A program made the position numbers and the translations under genes. Positions 57,958 to 64,000 of a DNA stretch of 64,000 nucleotides are shown here, piece after piece. Every line of letters starts with the position of its first letter. Positions within the stretch are counted from its first letter, which is position 1. Under the pieces are notes generated by a model. That model was not told where the DNA came from. It searched no databases and saw only the letters and a list, made by a program, of their open reading frames with translations. Source of the DNA: Minisyncoccota bacterium (GTDB lineage Bacteria; Patescibacteriota; Minisyncoccia; Phycocordibacterales; UBA9973); NCBI GenBank assembly GCA_041663005.1, contig JBAZRK010000001.1, positions 157,360 to 221,359 of the forward strand, read 5' to 3'.

Positions 57958-59367
57958 ATGAAGCGAAGCAAAAACTCCAAACAAAAATTTTCAACAAAAA
58001 TAACACCAATTATTGGACTCCAATGGGGAGACGAGGGTAAGGGTAAGGGGGTAGCTCGAATCGCTTCCGGACTTTCTGTCCAGGACCTCATTGTTCGCTT
58101 TCAAGGAGGCAACAATGCCGGACACACTATCTGGTACGAGGGGGATTGCTATGTATTTCACCTTATACCGTCGGGTGTTTTCGGGAAGGCGCAGGTGCAT
58201 TTAGGCGCCGGAATGGTCATCAACCCCGGAGCTCTTCTACTTGAAGCTAAGAAAATACCTAAGAAAATTTCATTTTTAAATAGAATGTCCGTATCGCCAC
58301 ATGCTGTACTAACTATACCGACGCACTTACTGATGGATTCGGTTTCCGAGAAAAGCAAAGGTAAGAAAAAAATTGGCTCAACAGGAAAAGGAATTTCACC
58401 CTCGTATACAGACCTCACTCTCCGTCGTGCCTTGAGAGTGGGTGATATTTTCTATGGAGATTTCAAGAAGAAATACGCAGCTCTTCGAGCAGAGCATATC
58501 GAAACCCTTAACAAAGTTTTCGGCCATAAAGTTTCCGCAGTAGAACTTAAAGCAAACGAGAACAACTTCTGGCAAGGTGTAAAATTTTTGCAATCGTTAA
58601 AAATTATGGAATCTGCCGAGATTGTGGAGCAAGCCATCTTGGGTGAACATAAAATCATCGCTGAGGGCGCCCAGGGAGCGCTCCTTGATGTCCGCTTTGG
58701 GCATTATCCTTTCGTAACATCATCGCACACCATTGCGGCAGGGGTCGCTACTGGACTCGGAATACCACCGGCATATGTAGGTGGCGCTATTGGAATCACG
58801 AAGGCATATACTACCAAGGTAGGAGAAGGTCCTTTTCCTACAGAGTTAGGTGGAGAAAAATCAGCTGTTTGGTGCCGCGACAAGAGATCAGCCGACGAAC
58901 AAAGTAAATTCCCAAACCCATCACCACAAAGTCGTGATCCGTTTGAGGTGGGCATTGCCTTGCGTAGAGCGGGGAATGAAATAGGTGCCACAACAGGGCG
59001 ACTGCGCCGCACAGGCTGGCTCGACTTGCCGCTACTTAAATATACTATCAAGATGAACCGCGCCGAGGAGTTGGTACTCACTAAGCTTGATGTCTTGAAC
59101 GGATTCAAGGAGATTAAAGTTTGTGTTGCTTATAAAGTAAATGGCAAACGTACTGAAAAAATTCCCTTCGACTTGTCACGGGTAAAGGTGGAACCTATCT
59201 ATCGTAGTTTCCCACTATGGAAGGGTAAATTATCAGACTACGGAATAAAGCTTCCAAAAGAAGCCCTCGAATATGTGAAGTTCTTGGAGCAGACTCTCAA
59301 TACAAAGATTATTTACGTTGGCACAGGCCCTGAAGAGCATCACGCCGTCGAGAGATATTGGAGCTAG
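57958..59367 (+). CDS. purA: Adenylosuccinate synthetase
   Basis: P-loop QWGDEGKGK and GHTI motif. Confidence 0.95.
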   Translation: MKRSKNSKQKFSTKITPIIGLQWGDEGKGKGVARIASGLSVQDLIVRFQGGNNAGHTIWYEGDCYVFHLIPSGVFGKAQVHLGAGMVINPGALLLEAKKIPKKISFLNRMSVSPHAVLTIPTHLLMDSVSEKSKGKKKIGSTGKGISPSYTDLTLRRALRVGDIFYGDFKKKYAALRAEHIETLNKVFGHKVSAVELKANENNFWQGVKFLQSLKIMESAEIVEQAILGEHKIIAEGAQGALLDVRFGHYPFVTSSHTIAAGVATGLGIPPAYVGGAIGITKAYTTKVGEGPFPTELGGEKSAVWCRDKRSADEQSKFPNPSPQSRDPFEVGIALRRAGNEIGATTGRLRRTGWLDLPLLKYTIKMNRAEELVLTKLDVLNGFKEIKVCVAYKVNGKRTEKIPFDLSRVKVEPIYRSFPLWKGKLSDYGIKLPKEALEYVKFLEQTLNTKIIYVGTGPEEHHAVERYWS

Positions 59368-59915
59368 GACAAACCTGACTCTTTTTCTACCTCTTCTTTT
59401 GTTTGCCCTGTATATAGGATAGTTTTTAGATTCGGATATTGCTTGAAATCCAAATTGTTAAAATAACGCTCACGGTCGTCTATGTAAATCACGGGCTCAT
59501 CTTTAAACTGTTCACATATCTGTTCTACTGCTTTTTTCTTATCATCTAACACTACAAAAATTTCCCTAAAAAAATTTTCAAGCCCAGCTGTTTCTATTTT
59601 TGCCCGCTGAAATTCTTCATCTCCATACGTAACAATAAAACAATTTTCTCTGCCGGCTGCTTGCGCAAGTTTTAACATTTCTAAATTTACATATTCGTGA
59701 TTATTGTGCATGATTTCATGATAAAGCTCTAGAGGTAGAGAGAAGTGCGCTAAAAGACGTTTTAATGAGAATCCTCGCACGGGTCCCTCTATAGCATCAA
59801 ATTCTTTTATTTGCTCTGGACTTACACCATGGCGTTTGTACACTTCAAAAACTCTCTCTTTCAAGTTGCTTTTGGTGTGGAACAATACGTCATCGAAATC
59901 AAAAATGTATTTCAT
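59364..59915 (-). CDS. HAD-superfamily hydrolase
   Basis: Motif I FDFDDVLF. Start chosen at MKYIF (2 nt after the yvcK stop). Its 3' end overlaps the purA stop by 4 nt (convergent). Confidence 0.6.
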   Translation of the reverse strand: MKYIFDFDDVLFHTKSNLKERVFEVYKRHGVSPEQIKEFDAIEGPVRGFSLKRLLAHFSLPLELYHEIMHNNHEYVNLEMLKLAQAAGRENCFIVTYGDEEFQRAKIETAGLENFFREIFVVLDDKKKAVEQICEQFKDEPVIYIDDRERYFNNLDFKQYPNLKTILYTGQTKEEVEKESGLS

Positions 59916-59916
59916 A

Positions 59917-60897
59917 TTATTTACCGATGATGCTGCCAATGACCGCAGCAAGTTTTCCTGAGTCGTGGCGAATAAAACTTCTTTTCATAATATCACCCTT
60001 ACTGTTTTCATAAATTACGTGAGATAGAAGGGGGGCCCTGACGACGCGCGTGTCATTCAAGTCATCTTCAATTAACACATCCCCACGTTCTTCCGCCTTA
60101 TATTGTTCAATTTGATCTTGAGAAGGTTTTTCGTCATTTAACACAATAAAATCAAGCTTTTTGCCAAGATATTTTTCAATAGCGTTCACATAGTCGCTTA
60201 CTTTCCATCCCATATTGTGACCCTGCTTGTTAGTTAGGTTTACAGGTAAAATTATCTTCGCCTTGCTTAGAAGCAACGCCTCTTTAAACCCATCAACAAT
60301 AAAATTTGGAATCAGTGAGGTAAATAAATCTCCCGGTCCGGTGATTATGTAATCGGCACTCAAAATTGCCTCGCGGGCTTTTGCATTTAGGCTGACAGCA
60401 TTCTTATAGAAAAACTTCTTTACTCCGGGCTTTTCCGCGAAATTTGATTCATCAATTTTATTTTCGCCGAAAATAATACTGCCATCCTCGAACTCAACGC
60501 CGAGCTCAGCAGAATCCTTGGTAATCGGAACCACTGTACCCTTAACTTTGAGAATCTCAGAGGCCACTTCCACCCCTTCGCCGAAATCTCCAGTTGTTTT
60601 TTGTAGTGCGGCAAGGAAAATATTTCCGAAGGTCTGACCGGACAGCGACCCTTCGGTAAAGCGGTAGAGCATAAGCTTCCGCACAACATCAGAGTGCTCC
60701 GACAGAGCAACCAAACAAAGCCTGGTGTCAGACGGCGGCAAAACTCCTAACTCATTTCGCATAACTTTATTCGAGCCCCCATCGTCTGCCATTGAGACGA
60801 GCGCCGTCAAGGATAAACCGGGGAGGTTCTTCAGACCTGACAAAACGGTGTAGCTCCCTGTGCCGCCACCGATGGTAACGATGTTTTTTGTATTCAT
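59917..60897 (-). CDS. yvcK: YvcK/CofD-family (UPF0052) gluconeogenesis-factor-like protein
   Basis: TIGGGTGS, SMADDGGS, PPSDTR motifs. Confidence 0.8.
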   Translation of the reverse strand: MNTKNIVTIGGGTGSYTVLSGLKNLPGLSLTALVSMADDGGSNKVMRNELGVLPPSDTRLCLVALSEHSDVVRKLMLYRFTEGSLSGQTFGNIFLAALQKTTGDFGEGVEVASEILKVKGTVVPITKDSAELGVEFEDGSIIFGENKIDESNFAEKPGVKKFFYKNAVSLNAKAREAILSADYIITGPGDLFTSLIPNFIVDGFKEALLLSKAKIILPVNLTNKQGHNMGWKVSDYVNAIEKYLGKKLDFIVLNDEKPSQDQIEQYKAEERGDVLIEDDLNDTRVVRAPLLSHVIYENSKGDIMKRSFIRHDSGKLAAVIGSIIGK

Positions 60898-60958
60898 CTT
60901 AAGGGATATTCTAGCAAAAAAGCGGGCGTTTGTCTTTAATGCGAGCTTGTTGTAATAT

Positions 60959-63850
60959 ATGCATATGCTATCGCGGATATATGTGAAGCCAAAGGGTAAG
61001 GCGACTATTATGAGTTCCTACCTTATATCACACCAACTAGGCAAGGATAAAATCCTCAAAATCGCTAACGCGCTCACTAATCAAACCATAGAAGAATTCT
61101 CCATAAACAAATTTCCCGAGGTTTCGGGTTTTTCTTATGCCATAGAAGTAGGATTCTTGCCCGGAGTTACCGACAACGCCGCCCACTCAACCAAAGAAAC
61201 AATAACCGACCTCCTACATTTAAAAGAAAACGCCAAGCTATCGGTATATACTTCTAAAATTTTCTTAACCAACAAGAAGAATAGTGCTCAAGTAAAAGAG
61301 TTTGCCGCAACGTTATACAACCCGTTAATAGAAAGGGTATATTTAGCAAGCAAGCAAGAGTTAAAAATTAAAAAGGATTTTCCACGCAAAGAGCTGAAGG
61401 TGATTTTAAAGAAATCTGAACCGGTGATTATCGTTCCACTCTCGAACGCGAACGAAACAGCACTCAGCTTGATAGGTAAAGAGGGTATTAGTGAAAAAGA
61501 CGGCACACGTAGAGGACCTTTAGCGTTAGACCTAAATTCAATGAAGGTTATTCAAAATCATTTTAATAAACTTAACCGCGAACCAACCGACATAGAGCTA
61601 GAAGCTTTGGCCCAAACCTGGTCGGAGCACTGCAAGCACACAATTTTTGCAAATCCAATAGACAACATCGCGGACGGTTTGTATCGAACCTATATCAAAG
61701 GAGCAACAAACCTAATTAGAAAAAATAAAGGGAAAAATGATTTTTGTGTTTCAGTGTTTTCTGATAACTCCGGCGGAATAGTTTTCGACGAAAATTATCT
61801 TATTACCCATAAGGTTGAAACCCACAACAGCCCTTCAGCCCTAGACCCATTCGGCGGAGCCATTACGGGAATTGTCGGGGTGAACCGCGACACTGTTGGC
61901 TTTGGACTAGGTGCTAAACCCGTAGCGAATGTTTACGGCTTTTGCTTCGGTTACCCTGAAGACAAGGCAAAATATTTTCGAGACCCAGCGTTGACTCAGC
62001 CGATGCTGCCCCCAGCGCGCATAATTGATGGCGTGGTGAAAGGAATCAATGTGGGCGGGAACTGCTCGGGAATTCCTACACTATCGGGCTTTGTAAAGTT
62101 TGATGATAGGTATCGCGGCAAGCCTCTAGTCTTCGCCGGCACAGTTGGCTTAATCCCTCGTAAATCCGCTGGGCGAATGTCCCACCTCAAAGCCGCTGGC
62201 AAAGGCGATTATATCGTTATGCTGGGAGGGAGAGTGGGCTTAGATGGCATTCACGGAGCTACATTCTCATCTGTCGCCTTAGATTCAAAATCTCCAGCAG
62301 CAGCAGTGCAAATAGGGGACCCTATCACTCAGAAAAAATTAAGCGACGCCATAGTGAAAGAAGCGCGCGATAGAAAATTATACAGAAGCATTACCGATAA
62401 CGGTGCTGGCGGATTATCTTGTTCGGTAGCGGAAATGGCCAAAGAATCCGGCGGTGCAGAAGTTGACTTAGAAAAAGTACCACTTAAGTATCCGGGCCTT
62501 CGACCCTGGGAAATTTGGATTTCAGAATCTCAGGAGCGTATGACTTTGTCCGTGCCTCGCGAAAAATGGAAAGAGTTTGAGAAGCTTATGCGTTCTCGCA
62601 GCGTAGAAGCTACCATCATTGGACAATTCACGGATTCGGGAAGTTGCGTCGTTAAATACGGAGGCAAAAAAATAATGGATATCGATATGGAATTTTTACA
62701 CAATGGTCTACCGACGGAACACCTAAGAACTACCCAGACTTATGTAAAAAACACCGAGCCCAAAATTGAATTAGCTTCTTATGAAAAAGCTCTGGAGAAT
62801 TTACTTGCAAGAAAAAATATTAGTGGCTTCGCCTTCATTTCAGAACAATACGACCACGAGGTGCAAGCTTCATCTGTATTGAAACCTCTCGCGGGCCCCG
62901 GCCGAATTAATACCGATGCTCAAGTTTTCCGACCAGTATTAAGCTCTCTAAAGGGCGCGGTACTAACCTCAAGCACTTACCCTTCATATGGAGATATAAG
63001 CACCTATCATATGGCTGCTGCCGCAATAGATACAGCGATACGAAATGCCGTGGCTGCAGGAGGCAGCTTGTCACATTTGGCGATACTCGACAACTTCTGT
63101 TGGTGTTCCTCTAACGATCCGGTACGCTTGGGGCAGCTTGTTGATGCGGTGAAAGCCTGTTACGACTACGCGGTAAGCTACGACACTCCTTTTATCTCCG
63201 GAAAGGATAGTATGTTTAATGATTTTAAAGGCTACGACGAGAAGGGGGCGCCCGTGGCTATTTCTATTCCACCTACGCTCCTAATTTCTGCCATCGGAGT
63301 GATGAGTGACCTAAGAAAAACAATCTCGCCGGAATTTAAGCGAGTGGGTGATAGTATTTATATACTTGGAGATACAAATGATGAAATGGGTGGTGGAGAA
63401 CTTTATAGAATGGCTGGCTTTGTCGGAGAAAATGTACCAAAGGTTGATGCGCGAAAAAATTTAAAAACCTACAAAGTACTCGAGCAGACAATCAAAAAGG
63501 AGTTGTTAGCCTCATCTATCTCTCTAACCTCGGGTGGCCTTGCTATCGCACTGGCTAAAGCATCTCTCGGGGGAATGCTCGGCGCTGACATTTCTCTTAA
63601 AAATCTTCCCGGCAGAGCTCAAACCACTCTCGCTAAACTATTTTCCGAAAGTCAGGGTAGGGTAGTGGTTTCAGTAAATCCAAAGGATGTTAGAACTTTT
63701 GAAAAAATTATTAAGGACATCCCACACGCTAAACTTGGTAAGGTTTCAAAAAATGACATACTTACCATTTCCGACAATAAACAGGTGGTAAAAACTGCCA
63801 TTAAAAAATTGCACAATATTTACCACAAGTTTTCTAACAGTATGCAATAA
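60959..63850 (+). CDS. purL: Phosphoribosylformylglycinamidine synthase subunit PurL (963 aa, with ~200-aa N-terminal extension)
   Basis: ETHNSPSALDPFGGAITG and duplicated AIRS-like domains. Size is between canonical small and large PurL. Alternative starts at 60965 or 61010. Confidence 0.9.
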   Translation: MHMLSRIYVKPKGKATIMSSYLISHQLGKDKILKIANALTNQTIEEFSINKFPEVSGFSYAIEVGFLPGVTDNAAHSTKETITDLLHLKENAKLSVYTSKIFLTNKKNSAQVKEFAATLYNPLIERVYLASKQELKIKKDFPRKELKVILKKSEPVIIVPLSNANETALSLIGKEGISEKDGTRRGPLALDLNSMKVIQNHFNKLNREPTDIELEALAQTWSEHCKHTIFANPIDNIADGLYRTYIKGATNLIRKNKGKNDFCVSVFSDNSGGIVFDENYLITHKVETHNSPSALDPFGGAITGIVGVNRDTVGFGLGAKPVANVYGFCFGYPEDKAKYFRDPALTQPMLPPARIIDGVVKGINVGGNCSGIPTLSGFVKFDDRYRGKPLVFAGTVGLIPRKSAGRMSHLKAAGKGDYIVMLGGRVGLDGIHGATFSSVALDSKSPAAAVQIGDPITQKKLSDAIVKEARDRKLYRSITDNGAGGLSCSVAEMAKESGGAEVDLEKVPLKYPGLRPWEIWISESQERMTLSVPREKWKEFEKLMRSRSVEATIIGQFTDSGSCVVKYGGKKIMDIDMEFLHNGLPTEHLRTTQTYVKNTEPKIELASYEKALENLLARKNISGFAFISEQYDHEVQASSVLKPLAGPGRINTDAQVFRPVLSSLKGAVLTSSTYPSYGDISTYHMAAAAIDTAIRNAVAAGGSLSHLAILDNFCWCSSNDPVRLGQLVDAVKACYDYAVSYDTPFISGKDSMFNDFKGYDEKGAPVAISIPPTLLISAIGVMSDLRKTISPEFKRVGDSIYILGDTNDEMGGGELYRMAGFVGENVPKVDARKNLKTYKVLEQTIKKELLASSISLTSGGLAIALAKASLGGMLGADISLKNLPGRAQTTLAKLFSESQGRVVVSVNPKDVRTFEKIIKDIPHAKLGKVSKNDILTISDNKQVVKTAIKKLHNIYHKFSNSMQ

Positions 63851-63866
63851 GTGATTTATTGACCTA

Positions 63867-64000
63867 TGAAAAAAGTAAAAATCAAAACTAAACAGCCGAA
63901 AGTAATAGTAATGTCCGGGTACGGACTGAACTGCGAAGAAGAAACAAAATTTGCTTTCGAATGGGCCGGTGGCGCTGCGGATATAGTGCATCTAAATGAC
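63867..64000 (+). CDS. purQ: Phosphoribosylformylglycinamidine synthase I (PurQ glutaminase), N-terminal part; continues beyond the window
   Basis: MKKVKIKTKQPKVIVMSGYGLNCEEE... resembles the PurQ N-terminus (VxVFPGSNCD). Confidence 0.55.

Overview
Low-GC (~43%) bacterial window that is gene-dense and mostly on the plus strand. It has small genes, a Gram-positive-type surface system (sortase plus LPXTG substrate), few biosynthetic genes and four lone tRNAs, which fits a reduced-genome, Patescibacteria/CPR-like organism (inference only).

Housekeeping content:
- MacAB-like ABC efflux genes, gatB, fba, a GlcD-family FAD oxidase, rplY, rpmE, prfA (RF1) and a complete F1Fo ATP synthase operon (atpZ-B-E-F-H-A-G-D-C).
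- rsmI, a priA with degenerate ATPase motifs, mreB, holB-like, frr, rseP, M24 peptidase, ddl, alr and rpmG (too short for the ORF track).
- NUDIX hydrolase, yhhQ, miaA, an HTH-XRE::MurA fusion, parB, a frameshifted rel/spoT, topA, dprA, serS, ftsQ-like, dus and short dnaX.
- An ECF-sigma-centred envelope/redox cluster: DUF5666/DUF5667/DUF3298-type proteins, a tail-anchored FNR-like reductase, ApbE and a di-haem ferric-reductase-like membrane protein.
- ogt, sortase with an LPXTG repeat protein, cytochrome b5-like, DoxX, guaB, purA, HAD hydrolase, yvcK, purL and the start of purQ.
- tRNAs Ile(GAT), Trp(CCA), Leu(CAA) and Gln(TTG).

Accessory-looking islets:
- An AT-rich small-protein plus retropepsin-like aspartic protease pair, immediately followed by a self-contained GC-rich promoter-SD-ORF-terminator mini-cassette (10.3-11.6 kb).
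- A 567-aa cysteine-rich protein with C-x2-C runs.
- A 17-bp palindromic motif (TATACCCCCACACCTAT and its complement) present twice, both times embedded in sigma70-like promoters.

No CRISPR array, rRNA, transposase or integrase was seen.
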